The notes beneath the pieces are model-generated. The model had not been told where the DNA came from. It saw only the letters and a list, made by a program, of their open reading frames with translations, and did not search any database. The translations under genes and the position numbers were made by a program. From assembly GCF_009914755.1 (NCBI RefSeq), contig NC_060934.1: DNA of 64,000 nt; one strand, 5' to 3'. This document shows positions 1 to 12,338 of the stretch, piece after piece; the first letter of the stretch is position 1; every line of letters begins with the position of its first letter. Origin of the DNA: the human T2T-CHM13v2.0 reference genome, Homo sapiens.

Positions 1-584
1 ACTGTCTGAGGAGGCCTGTTCTGCAGGAGGGGAGAGGTCCCGCTTGGCTTACACCCCTAGCCTGGGCTTAGAGAACAGGGGGGCCTGGCCCAGGACAGAA
101 CCTTGGGGAGCCCCTGGGCTGAGCTGGGAGTTTGCATAGCAGCCCCATGGATGTCCGCGGAGGCCTCAAGGTCCTTCATGAGATGGCTCTGGTCAGTGGA
201 CGGGGCACATGGTGAGTACCCGGAGGGAAGGAGGCAGGGCCTCCATGGCTGGGGAGACTCAGGTTGTCTTTTCTTATCTGGGAACACCAATACCAGGGGG
301 AGAGGAGGGCAGAGCCTCCAGAGGGAGGCCGAATGTGAGCCAAGGGCAGTGGCTGTGATACGGACTGCAGCGGGTTGCTGCCTCAGGCCTGGGGGACACA
401 TGGAGAGGAGTCCATGGGGTGATGACCAGTTCTGAGGAAAAAGACCCAGTGAATAGAGGGACCCACTGTCCCAGTGTGCCGAGACCGAGGAAGTGCCTGA
501 GACATGGGAATGTTCGTCCTCAAGCCAGGAAAGTCCTGGGTAAGACAGGCCCAGTGGGTCACCTAGTTGGGGAAGAGGGGGACA

Positions 585-1200
585 TGGAGGTGAGGAGGGA
601 CCTGAGGAGGTGAGGAGGGATCTGAGGAAGTGAGGGGAGATCTGGGGAGCTGAGGGGGGATGTGGGGAGGTGAGGAGAGATCTGAGGAGGTCAGGAAAGA
701 TCTGAGGAGGTTAGGAGGGATCTTAGGACGTGAGGAGAGATCAGGGGAGCTGAGGGGGGATCTGAGGAGGTGAGGAGAAATCTTAGGAGGTGAGGGGGAA
801 TCTGAGGAGGTGAGGGGGATCTGAGGAGGTGAGGGGGGATCTTAGGAGGTTTGGGAAGATCTGGGGAGGTGAGGGTGAATTTGAGGAGGAGAGGGTGGAT
901 CTGAGGAGATGGGGGGGATCTGAGGAGGTGAGGGGGGATCTGGGGAGGTGAGGGTGAATTTGAGGAGGAGAGGGTGGATCTGAGGGGGTGAGGGGGTATC
1001 TGAGGAGGTGAGGGGGGATCTGAGGAGGTGAGGGGGGATCTGGGGAGGTGAGGGTGAATTTGAGGAGGAGAGGGTGGATCTGAGGAGGTGAGGAGGGATC
1101 TGAGGAGGTGAGGGGGGATCTTAGGAGGTTTGGGAAGATCTGGGGAGGTGAGGGTGATTTTGAGGAGATGACAGGGGAACTGGCGAGGTGAAGGGAGATA
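585..1200. repeat. G-rich minisatellite, ~20-bp unit (GGATCTGAGGAGGTGAGGGG), ~30 variant copies
   Basis: Unit recurs every ~20 bp with variants (GAATTTGAGGAGGAGAGGGT, GATCTTAGGAGGTTTGGGAA) that repeat in higher-order blocks. Confidence 0.95.
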
Positions 1201-1241
1201 GTGAGGCTCAGCTTGACTGTGGCTGCTTCCAGATCTTTTTA

Positions 1242-1884
<643 letters not shown>

Positions 1885-1921
1885 TAAAATACACTTAACA
1901 TGAAATTGCCCTCATCCTTTA

Positions 1922-2232
1922 CCCTCACAGCCTGCACAGCACACACGGTGCCCGCACAGCCCACACAGCACACACGGTGCCCGCACAGCTCACACGGTGC
2001 CCTCACAGCCCGCACGGTGCCCACACAGCACACACAGCACACACGGTGCCCTCACAGCCCGCACGGTGCCCGCACAGCACACACAGCACGGTGCCCACAC
2101 AGCCCGCACAGTGCCCACACAGCACACACAGCACACATGGTGCCCACACAGCCCGCACGGTGCCTGCACAGCACACACAGCCCGCACGGTGCCCTCACAG
2201 CCCGCACGGTGCCCGCACAGCACACACGGTGC
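1922..2232. repeat. CpG-containing modular minisatellite (CACAGCCCGCACGGTGCCCT / CACAGCACA modules)
   Basis: Repeated CACGGTGCCC and CACAGC modules in variable order. Confidence 0.93.
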
Positions 2233-2674
2233 GGTGGTGCCAGGTGTCCTCTTGCTGCTGTGCAGTGCCCTGAGGTCCCTTGGGAAGCCGCTGCCACTCT
2301 GTTTTGTCATCACTGACAAACTGTCGCAGGCTGCTGGTGGCTGTGGCCGGTTGCTAATGATTGCAGGGAAGAAACACCTGACCACCTCTGATTTCTTCAA
2401 ACTCTGCACAGTTAACCTGTTTCCAATAGAGAACTGAGAATTACCATTCATTCCTAATGCTTAATCAGGGTTTAATGCATGGAAGATCTTACTGTTAACC
2501 TCCCACGAGGACGCGCTCATCTCAGTCGCCTTTTAAGAGGGCTTCTTGAAAGTCAAAATAATTCCCACTGGTTATTTTTAATGCTCTTATTGTATGAATT
2601 GCACAAAAATATTCAGCAGATGAATGCAGTTTTTTTTTCTTTAAGCTCCAGAAGATCGGCTCAAGAAAGGCCCG

Positions 2675-2835
2675 CCTGCCCCTCCCGCCTCCACCTGCCC
2701 CTCCCGCCTCCACCTGCCCCTCCCGCCTCCACCTGCCCCTCCCGCCTCCACCTGCCCCTCCCGCCTCCACCTGCCCCTCCCGCCTCCACCTGCCCCTCCC
2801 GCCTCCACCTGCCCCTCCCGCCTCCACCTGCCCCT
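2675..2835. repeat. Perfect 19-bp minisatellite CCTGCCCCTCCCGCCTCCA x8.5
   Basis: Eight identical units plus 9 bp, read directly. Confidence 0.97.
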
Positions 2836-2893
2836 GTCCATTCTCACCAGCCCTGGTTGCCCTCCGTCCATCCCTGCCCACCTTCTCTACACT

Positions 2894-2941
2894 GCCCGCC
2901 CGCCCCCGCCCGCCCCCGCCCGCCCCCGCCCGATCCCGCCG
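2894..2941. repeat. GC-box-like repeat (CCCGCCCCCG)n
   Basis: About four 10-bp units containing overlapping CCCGCC (Sp/KLF core) motifs. Confidence 0.85.
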
Positions 2942-3774
2942 GCCCTGGCTGCCAGGATGGGCGTTCTTAGGCTCTGCCTACCCCAGGCCCTTGCCAGCCC
3001 TGACAGTGCTGGGGAGGGTGACAGGGACCAGCATGCCTGTAGCCAGGCATCTTCACAGCTGATGGCCCTGGTCTCACAGACCATGCCCCTGCCTCAGGTT
3101 CCCCGAGGACTTCCCCTGGGCCTGGGCCTGGGCCCCTGCCTTGCTGCTGGCACCCTGATAAAATTCTGTGTCATAAACACAAAGTGTTTATGAAGGCAGC
3201 ATACAAGGGCACTTGTTGTGAACACAAACTTGGGATATTTTTCTGTTTCTTGTGGAGGTTCACTACTCAGTGTGCAATGAGATTTATCTCATGCGTTTGT
3301 CCTCATTTTCCTGCAAAGATAATTGCGTGTGATGTTCTCTGGCATGCCGTGTTTCCCTTTCTGTGTTCCTTGACTTTGAAAATGCGAAGGTTTTATAAAT
3401 AAGTACAATAAAGCTGATTCTGTATAGAATGAAACCAAAGCCTCTCTTTCTAATTGCATCTGTTGATCTTGTGCACATCTTCATTAGGGGTTTTAGGATA
3501 TTGGAAAGATGCATCAAAGTTAGCAATTAGAGTCTCCTCATCAAATATGGGTTGCTTGGCCTTTCTTTGTCAACAGCTGAGGGTCTGGATGCTTCCAGCA
3601 GACAAATCCAGGTGCTGACCCTGCCTCCTCCGGGCACTCAGGTGCGACACGTGTCTGCTTTTCAGGGTGCACTGATTTAGTCTGGGGCCATTTCACGGCC
3701 TGGGTGTTCTGGGACCCAAGCTAGCAGTTCGTGTGCACTTTAGTGTCACAGCAAAACGGAGGGTGACTAGGACT

Positions 3775-3880
3775 CCCGGTTTGCAGACAGGAAATGAAGA
3801 TTCAGAGAGGTAAGGACAGGTACGATGGCATGTAGCAGGGATTAGAGCCCAGGTCTGCTGATCTGAGCCCCAGGTGCTGA
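3775..3880 (-). mobile_element. MIR SINE fragment
   Basis: TTTGCAGACAGGAAATGAAGATTCAGAGAGG...GGGATTAGAGCCCAGGTCTG resembles the antisense MIR core. Confidence 0.65.
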
Positions 3881-4490
3881 TGGCTTTCCCTTACAGCACA
3901 GGCCTCCCTGAGGGTGATGGGGGGAGTGGGTGAGGCAGAGCATCGTGCTGGTCCCAAGAACAATGTGGGTGTTTGTAACATGAGTTTGGTTTGCAGTGGA
4001 CTCTAGGTGCTTCTTACCTGAGGTCTCCCTGGGTTCTCACGGCAGCCTGAGTGCATTCTCCCTCTTTCCTGGTGGGGACTCATGCTCCGCCGGTCAGTGG
4101 TCCCTGGCCACCCTGCTGGTCCGTGGAGGAGCTGGGCCTTGCACTGGCCTTCTTCCACCAGGGCCTGTGGAGCCCCTCAGCCGGGCCCAGCCAGGGATGG
4201 ACTTAGGAGAGGGAAGAAAGAGTGGGGAGGAGACCCGAATGGGGAGGATGGAAGGGGACAGAGGACAGAGAGAGAATTCAAAATCTCCGTCCCTGCCTCA
4301 CCAAGCTTCTGAATGTGGGCATGTGGCTTTAAGAGCTGAGAGTGAGGAGTTAGAAAAACTGTAAAGAGAAAGACACTTAAGTAACAGTTTATTGGTCTAA
4401 TTGAGGAAAGAATTATGGAAATTTATTTTCCAAAGGAATGGGGGTATTTAATTAGACACTGATAAACAGGTTCACTTGAGTCTGATTCAG

Positions 4491-4535
4491 AACTTCGAGG
4501 GCCTCTATTTTCCTCTTGCCGCTGCCATGGTGAGT
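4491..4535 (+). other. Candidate exon end: Kozak ATG directly followed by a splice donor (GCCGCTGCCATG|GTGAGT)
   Basis: ATG at 4527-4529 in strong Kozak context, consensus GTGAGT at 4530-4535, in unique non-repeat sequence; 5' boundary uncertain. Confidence 0.35.
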
Positions 4536-5139
4536 GGCGTTAGTTCATTTTGTCTGCTCCATTATTCTCATTCTGATAATTAACTCAGCAAGCCGGATGC
4601 GGCGTCTATACACACATCAGGAATCTTCTGTGTAGAGCAGCATTTGTGTTCACCTGAGAAGGCGCCTGGGCTGGGATGTGCTTGGAGAGGCGGTTATGAA
4701 AGGAGCGGGTGGAAGGACCACCTGCTGAGGCCAGGGTGGGGTCCTCCCTACGCCTTCCTGCAGGGAGGGGCCAGGGTTCTCCATTCTGCCCAGGGGGGTC
4801 CTCGTCGGAGGCTGGTGTCTGCGTTACATCAGGGTAGGCGGGCTATTGTGGCGATGTTTAAGACGAGAGGAACTGTCAGATGTAACATGCCTGGCCTTAG
4901 CATGCTGGGGCCACAGTCATGAGAGACGGGGAACGTCGCTTAGCTCCGCTCTCTGTGAGGCCTGGGGTCTGCTACGGGGGAGTGGGGCTTCAGGTTCATG
5001 TCACTAAATGGCAGTGACGTTTCATGAGGTCCCAACACCTGCCGCCCCCATCTCTTCCTCAGCAATAAGGCGCCAACTGAACGACAGCATTGAACCCTAT
5101 GCTGGCTATTGAAACACTTCCGTGGGCGACGGCCTCCTG

Positions 5140-5260
5140 TAGGTTTAATTCTCATTTACTCCTCAGGACAACCTTGGGAGGTGCTCTTCGTCATGTTTGG
5201 GAGACAACTGAGAAGTAAAGGATCTGAGAATGTTGATCAAAGTCATACAACCAAGGTGCA
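5140..5260 (-). mobile_element. MIR SINE fragment
   Basis: TCTCATTTACTCCTCAGGACAACCTTGGGAGG...CAAAGTCATACA resembles antisense MIR. Confidence 0.55.
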
Positions 5261-6162
5261 TATTCAAGAACAGCAGGATATTCAAATGCTGAGCTTCATA
5301 CAGAATGTATATCAACGTATTTGTGGAATTAATCTTAGAACATTCTATTACAGAATGTGGGTTTATCATGTGTTTGCTGTGGGGCACTGTGCTGAGTTCC
5401 GTGAGCACAGATGAGTGAGGCTGAGTCACTGGGGCCCTCAAGGCCCACGTGGGAGCTGGGCGTGTGGGTGCCCCTTGAAGGAGGAGGCCGCTGTGCTGGA
5501 CGCTCCAGGCCTCTCGTGCATCCGTTAAAAGCTGTCTGCTCAAGCTCAGGTTGAAGAGGACCTTGGCAGGCAGGGAGTCCTGCGGTCACACGGTCACACA
5601 GAGCAGAGGTCGGGCATATGGGCTCCTGGTTGGATTCCCGGGATGCCAGTCCTGGCCCTGCCTGCCTTGTGCTGTGTGGCCTGGGTAAAACACTTGGCCT
5701 TTCTGTGCTTCTGCCTTTCTGTCTGCTGAAGGGGACGGTGGTTCCTGCTGTGGGGTGCGCTGTGGGATGGGCAGCAGGCACCGGCACGTGGTGCCCTCAG
5801 CTCAGGTCTGCAGATGGCAGACACCGTGCTATTAGAACTGTTATTCATCGGCATGTGGCCTTGGGGAATATGTTTTCCTTTTTCTTTATAAATTACAAAA
5901 GTAATGCATGCTCATTGAAGTTCAGACAATACAGAGGTAATTATGTGTAAAATGAACTGAAAGCTGCACACTCTGTCCTTCCTCTCTGGTCTTCTGCAGG
6001 GAAAAAGCCACTCCAGCCCTGGGCAGGCTTCATCTGGAATCGAGACTCGAGATCTTTTTTCCTATGTATTTACAAATACAAACATATACGTATAAAATGC
6101 TTGCTTTCATGTTTACAGTCACTGAAGCCACTCAGTGCTCATTATACTACCTGTCCCCCCCC

Positions 6163-6886
6163 CACACACACTCTCACACACTAACACACACTTGCACACA
6201 TGCACTCACACACACTCATACACACACTCACACTCACACATTCATACGCACACACTCACACACACATACACTCATTCTCACTCATACTCACTTTCACACA
6301 CCCACACATACACTCTCACACACTATCTCACACACAAACACACTCACACACTCCCACACACACTAACACACTGACACCACACACATTCACACACACCCAA
6401 TCACACACAATCTCACACACTCACACCACACACCCACACTTCTCACACACACACTCATACACACACTCACACACCCAATCTCATACACTCTCACACTATC
6501 TCACACACCACACGCACTCACACACACCCCCACAATCTCACACACACACACTCACACTCACACATGTCACACACACCAATCTCATACACCACACACACCA
6601 CACCCCCACACAATCTCACACATACACACACAATCTCACACACACACCACACACCACACACCACACCCCCACACAATTTCACTCATACACAATCTCACAC
6701 ACGCAAAATCTCACACCACACACACCCCCCACACTATCTCACACACTCACACTTAGACACACTAGACACACACTCTCACACACACACTCTCACCCCCACA
6801 CACTATGTCACACACACAGACACACACACACACACTCTCACCCCCACAATCTCACACACACACAATCACACACACACACACACACA
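6163..6886. repeat. Long degenerate (CA)n-rich low-complexity tract (~720 bp)
   Basis: Continuous CACACA interrupted by CTCA/AATCT motifs; almost no G on the + strand. Confidence 0.95.
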
Positions 6887-7411
6887 TATGGCAGCAGCAT
6901 GTAGTGGACATGTTTGTGTCACTAGAGAGACATTGTCAGCATTTATGGATGTGTTCTTGCCATGGCGTGATCCACCTCGCTATGTTGAATCATCCCGTTA
7001 CTTGGGTGTTAGGTGCCTGCCCCCCACCCCTCTCCTGCCCCAACTTTTCAATGAGAAGGAATGTCCTAACAGATGTTCTTGTACGTTCATCTTTAGATGG
7101 GAAGAAGATTTCTGTTCAATGAAAGCAAAAACCAACATGTTCAGCGTCTGCCCAGTGGCCTGAGACCTGGCTGGGAAGTCAGCACGTCCCATCTCTGGGA
7201 TAGCCCCGATTAGGGCAGGTGGGCTGTCTCTTGGGGATGTTGTGTGTGTGTGTGGGGTTTCTGGGCTGGGGGTGCACGGCTCTTTGCACATGGAAATATT
7301 CTGGCAATGAAATTGAGAGTCTGCATAGACTTTTCAGTAGAGAAGGAAATACTTGTATTGAAAATTAAGAAAATTACAGTAAGAGAATTAAACATTAATT
7401 GACAAATGGAA

Positions 7412-7690
7412 ATGCATCCAGAGAAAGATCTCCAAGTGGATGAAAGGTTTTAGAACCATGCTTTAGGCAGAATGGGGATGCTTCGTCCGGTAAAGGCATG
7501 GGAAACATCATCAGTTATCACCTGTTGGAAGGACTTCACGTGGAGGAGGAGCAGAAATGTTTCTGGGTGGCTTCGGAGGGTAGAGGTAAGACTAAAGACT
7601 ACAACTTAGAAGAGGCTGATTTTGACTCTCAATGCCGGTGAAGCTTTTAACATGAAGATCTGTCTATTGAAGACTGGGCTGGACTTCTAA
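7412..7690 (+). mobile_element. L3/CR1 LINE fragment (3' end of ORF2)
   Basis: Degenerate match to CR1/L3 C-terminal motifs (QRRATKMVKGLE...KGCHVEEG..F.VAPEGRTR): TCCAGAGAAAGA...GAAGGACTTCACGTGGAGGAGGAG...GGCTTCGGAGGGTAGA. Confidence 0.7.
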
Positions 7691-8214
7691 GCCCAGATGA
7701 GGGAATGGAGCCAGGAGTCATCCTCTCCCCTCTGCTCCTAACACAGGTTATAAGTAAACTGTTTTACAAAAGAAGAAATAACCATATTCAAAAGCAAGGG
7801 CAAACTGCAGGCCCAGGAGTGAGAAGGCCCATGGAGGTGAGCAGAGGCTGAAACAGTGGGTTCAAGGGACTGGGGACCAGAGTGAGTGACCAGCAAGACT
7901 TTCCAAGCCTCCAGTGCTTATTGGAGGAGCTGCTGTTAACCATGCAACCTGTGGGGCCAGGCCGAGGCAACTGCAGAGTCAGGTGAGAGGAGCAATGTCC
8001 ATGTGAGACATTGCAAACAAAAATTGCAAATCACAAGACACTTACAGCCCCGAGAATCAATTGGTAGACAGTACACATGGGAAAAGGCACACCCAAGGAA
8101 ATGGAAATAATAGCACAATCTGAAAACAACTTTAAGGAGGGAGGGTTCAGAATCTCAAGGAAGACTGAGGAGGAAACTGAATCCCTGAAATGGGAATGGG
8201 GGGGTTATTCATCC

Positions 8215-8460
8215 AGAACAGGCCTGATTCCTGGGAAGAGGACTCTAAGATGAAGATCTGCACAGGGCATTTATTGAGAAGGCTCGGGAACGATGCCTGT
8301 GAGGGACATGGGAGCAGTCAGGGCAGAGTGAGGGGTTGAACTGTGGCATGGCTGCAACAGAGACATGGATGAGTCTATAAGGACCTCAGAGATGTCCCCT
8401 ATGAAGCAGGGGCCAGGTATCCTCCTGGGAAGCACAATATCCTTCAGCCAGGCTTGAGCT
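8215..8460 (-). mobile_element. Old ERVL-type LTR fragment (LTR16-like)
   Basis: TTCCTGGGAAGAGGACTCTAAGATG...TTTATTGAG...GGGCAGAGTGAGGGGTTGAACTGTG resembles the antisense LTR16 family. Confidence 0.5.
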
Positions 8461-9436
8461 TTGGTGCATGGTTCAGGCAGTGATTTTGATGCAGGGACAC
8501 CGATTCCTCATTTTGTGTCCAGGGTCCAGCTCTCTCATTTCCTCGTTGGTTAGTACAATGCTGTTTCCTGATCCTGATGAGGTTACTGGATTTGAGCTTT
8601 CTGTAAATGTTTTTTCTCTTGTATTATAACCTAATCAAATAGCTCTCAGCAATACAACACTGTGAAATAGCTCTTGTAACTATAAGGACATTTTTCCAAC
8701 TAAAAAACCATGCATGGTAATGTTCATGTATATTTCATCATTGCTTTTATTTGAAATTATTCATGTCTTTAGAAAATACAAATTTGTTGCTCTGAAAAAA
8801 ATCCCCAAAGCAATACAGCCTGAAACTGACAGGAACCTCAGAAGACTCTGTGTGTGTTTCACAGAGAGGATTGCTTAGCTCAGGGCACCTGTCTGAGTGT
8901 TCTCACATGTCCCGTAGGCCGCATGGTCTGTGGCCTGTGGGGATGGCCAGTGCAGAGCCATCAGGGGTCCAAACCCAGAGTACAGAGGCCAGTCACCTGG
9001 ACCCAGCCCCTCTTCACTGGCAGCTTGTAGAGGATTCCACAAAACCAGGCCCAGTGATTTCAGGTTATTTAAAAATGCATGTTGTTCTGCAATTCCATAG
9101 CTGTTATAAAAGCACCACCCCAAGACTATGAAAATCCTTTCTTGGAACAAGCAATTCTGAATGTTCAGCCTGTGGGTTGCAGAAAGAGGCTCTGAAATGT
9201 TACCCCCAGAGACTGTGAGCTTTTGAATCTCTTGCTTTTAGCAGTCCTCCTTCCTTTCCCCTGACTTGCTCTAGGGTTGGCGAGGAGTCGCTCATGTTTC
9301 CCCTAGTGGGTCAGTGGAAGCAATTTTTCACATTCTTTTTTCTTATGTGTATTTCTCTCCCCAGATGTGCTTGTCGTGGCAGGAATATAATAACGGGTAT
9401 AGCTTCGCCCCTAGCCACGCCGTATGTTTGTCAACT

Positions 9437-9874
9437 GTATTTGTTTCCTGGGGCTGCCATAACAAAGTATCACAAATTGGGTGGTTTAAAATAATGGCAA
9501 TTTATTCTCTCACAGCTCTGCAAGCCAGAAGTCTGAAGTCAAGGTGTCTGCAGGGCTGTCCTCCTTCTGGAGGCCCAGGGGAGGGTCCTTTCCCACTTCC
9601 TGCAGCCAGAGATCCTAGCGCTTCTTGGCTCTGGCAGGATAAGTGCAACCTCCGCTTCCGTCTTCACATGGCCCTCTCCACTGTGTCTTCTCTTCTGTCT
9701 CTTAAAAGAACACTTGTCATTGGATTGAGGGCCACCCAAGTAATCTGAGATGACTCCATCTTGAGATCCTTAATGTCATCTACAAAGACCCTATTTCCAA
9801 ATAATGTCATATTCATGGGTTCTGGGTTTAGGATGTGGACATATCTCTTCGGGGCCACCATTCGATTCACTACA
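9437..9874 (-). mobile_element. MaLR solo LTR (MLT1B/C-like)
   Basis: GTTTCCTGGGGCTGCCATAACAAAGTATCACAAATTGGGTGG...GGGGCCACCATTCGATTCACTACA. Confidence 0.9.
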
Positions 9875-10015
9875 TCAACAAAGATGCATATGGAATTGTA
9901 GACTGTAAGTGAAGATCCAATGTTTGGGAACTGTAGGTAGCTTAATGGTTGAAGGAAGAAAACAAGGTGAAGTTTATTAGGTAGGGAAGATAATTTGGTG
10001 TGAGAATGTGAACCC

Positions 10016-10690
10016 TGTGAAAGGAAAATAAGAATCTCAGGACCCCAGACTCACTATGCCAAAGGAAACAGTCAAGCTTAGGAACCAAATCATGCAAAAC
10101 TGCCTCCCAGTTTGTTCCTAAATAGCTGCAAAGATGGAGGCCGCCTACCTCCCCATGGGGGCTCCTCACAAGCAAGTTCCTTTCAGGCCCCAAGATTTTT
10201 ATCCTAAAACAGACTTCTGTTGAGTTTCACCCTGACAGTGTAAGTTAACAGCTTATCTGCTCAGTAGGGCCAAAGGGGGAACGAGAAGTCATTCCTCTAC
10301 TCCCGAGTCATTCCTCTACTCACCTTTGACTGCTTCTTCTATGTTTATTTTATCTTAGGTAAAAATGCAGTTTCACTGAGCGCCAGACAAATGCACAGTT
10401 GACAGTTCCTCTACCCACTTCTTTCCCAGGTAAAATGCGGATTCAGTGAACGCTGATCAAAGCCTCTAAAGAATGCAACCGCTTGCCTCTTTTATCTCCT
10501 CCTCCCCCCCTTTTTTTTTCTTTACTCCTTCCCCTGCTGCCCGCTATTTCCCCTTTAAAGACTGAAGTCTCCAAACCCTCTTTGGAAAAAGCACAGACGG
10601 TCCTGTGGTTTTGTGTTCCTTTTTCCTTGGCAAACTAAATCTCTAAGTTGATTGAGATGCACCTGGGTAATTTTTCTTTGATTTTCAACT
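10016..10690 (+). mobile_element. ERV1 solo LTR, MER4 family (MER4C-like)
   Basis: Starts TGTGAAAGGAAAATAAGAATCTCAGGACCCCAGACTCACTATGCCAAAGG; small internal duplication GTCATTCCTCTACTC near 10288-10322. Confidence 0.8.
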
Positions 10691-11499
10691 CCATGACAAA
10701 ACAAGAGGACTTTATTCCATAGGCGAAAGAAAGCCATGGCGGTGGCATGAGACTGAGGTGGGATGAGAGACTCTGATGTCAGCCACAGCTGCCACTGCCA
10801 TGCTCATGCACGCCCTTTCCGCAGGTGCCTGTCCCTTTCATCAAATGGATTGCCTCAACCTGGGGCGGGGGCTTCAGGTGCGGATGCTTCTGCAGGGCAA
10901 CCGGCATTACTTCCAGAGCTTGCTCTTTGACACAGCTGGGTCTAAACTCCCTTCATGGGGTTGGCCTGACTTTGGGTGTAACAGAGTGAGGACCCCACGC
11001 CCAGTGGTACCTGTGTGGACAATTCCCTCCCCTTCAGTTCCAGCCTCTGGCCCGGAGTGGCTGAGCTGTTGGTTCCTGGGAAGGCCGCTCCTCCTCCAAG
11101 GCTGCTGAACTGCTGTGTGGGCAAGGGTGATGGCCCTGCACACAGCCACATGCAGCCCTGGTGGCCACTCAGCACTGGGGTTACCTGCTTTGTGTAAACA
11201 CACCAGTCTTGTGGGTGATGCGCTGTTGGGGCTGGTCGGTAGCCCTGGAGACCCCAGGGTGCAAGTAGCGGGAGGGTCTGCTCCTCCAACACTCTCCCAG
11301 GTCAGAACTAGCCGCCTGCTCTGGAAGCTCCTCCTCCTGGGGGGAGCCACTGAGGGAGTCTTTGTCCCTCTCACACTTTTCTTTCTGCTGGAGCCACCTC
11401 GTCTCTCAGGAGGCATCGGGTGGGTGGGGGAGCGCCGTGGTCTGGGCTGCATCAGAGCTCTCTGAGCACTGGGACCCCTCCTTTGCCTGGACCCTTCCC

Positions 11500-11680
11500 A
11501 GGGCCTCCTGATGACATTCCTGGGCCCTTACTCTACAAAAAACATTAAAAATTGTATTTTAGATTGTGTTGGTGCAAAGATGAGTATAGTGAAGAAGTTC
11601 ACCATTTTGTTTGTTGCCAGAAATGAAACATTTCCAGGGTCCCCAGCCGGCGTCTGCTATGCCTGATGGACAGGCTTCTG
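11500..11680. mobile_element. Probable old non-autonomous hAT DNA transposon fragment
   Basis: AT-rich AAAAAACATTAAAAATTGTATTTT...TGTGTTGGTGCAAAGATGAGTATA between GGGCCC-like motifs; family not certain. Confidence 0.35.
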
Positions 11681-12338
11681 GGGTGGGGGCGGGAAGCTCC
11701 CATCAGGCCCCCTTCCCCTCCCCTCCCACTGGGGACCCCTGCCTCCAGACGGCCTCCAATGCCCGGTACTCTCCTGCTCTGATCTCCTTCTGTGGCAGGA
11801 CGGGGCTCACATCAATGTCCTCCCATCTTACCCCTGCCAGTCCCCAGCGCCCAGCACAAGGCTGGACACAGAAATAAACATCGCCCTTTGGAATAAACAA
11901 ATGTGAGAGTGACTCCTGACCTGAACAGCCCAGCCCCCTACCCCGGGCCTTTCCCAGCTGTCATAAATCTAATGGCTTTTATTGCCCTAGGATTTTTACA
12001 GTACCCATTACCATAGCAGTTGGGAACTTAATTGGCAAAATTAAGGACATGTACTTAGGAACTTCTAGTAAATATTTGCTAATGGATTCATATTAGCAGG
12101 TCCTGCTGGGACATCTGGTACAGTCAGAACTTGTCTGCCTAAAAACTTGTCCCAAAGCTGGGGGAAGCTGTTTCCTGGCCTGAACTTTCTCTGGGGCTGT
12201 GAGAGGCGAGGGCTCAGGAAAAGATGGTCAGGTTCAGTGGAATTTGGATCCTTGAAAGGAAGAAAAGGGTGACGGAAAGGGCAGAGGGAACTGCAACTGG
12301 ATCCTAAGCCACCCCGTCTGTGACCTGGGCCTTGTCAC

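Noticed and set aside
1900-2970. Repetitive ORFs (ARCPHS.., PPAPPASTC.., GGAGGGGRGR..)
   Set aside because: Open in several frames on both strands because they are minisatellite translations.
6064-7163. His/Thr-rich ORFs up to 234 aa
   Set aside because: Translation of the CA-rich tract; stop codons are absent because of composition.
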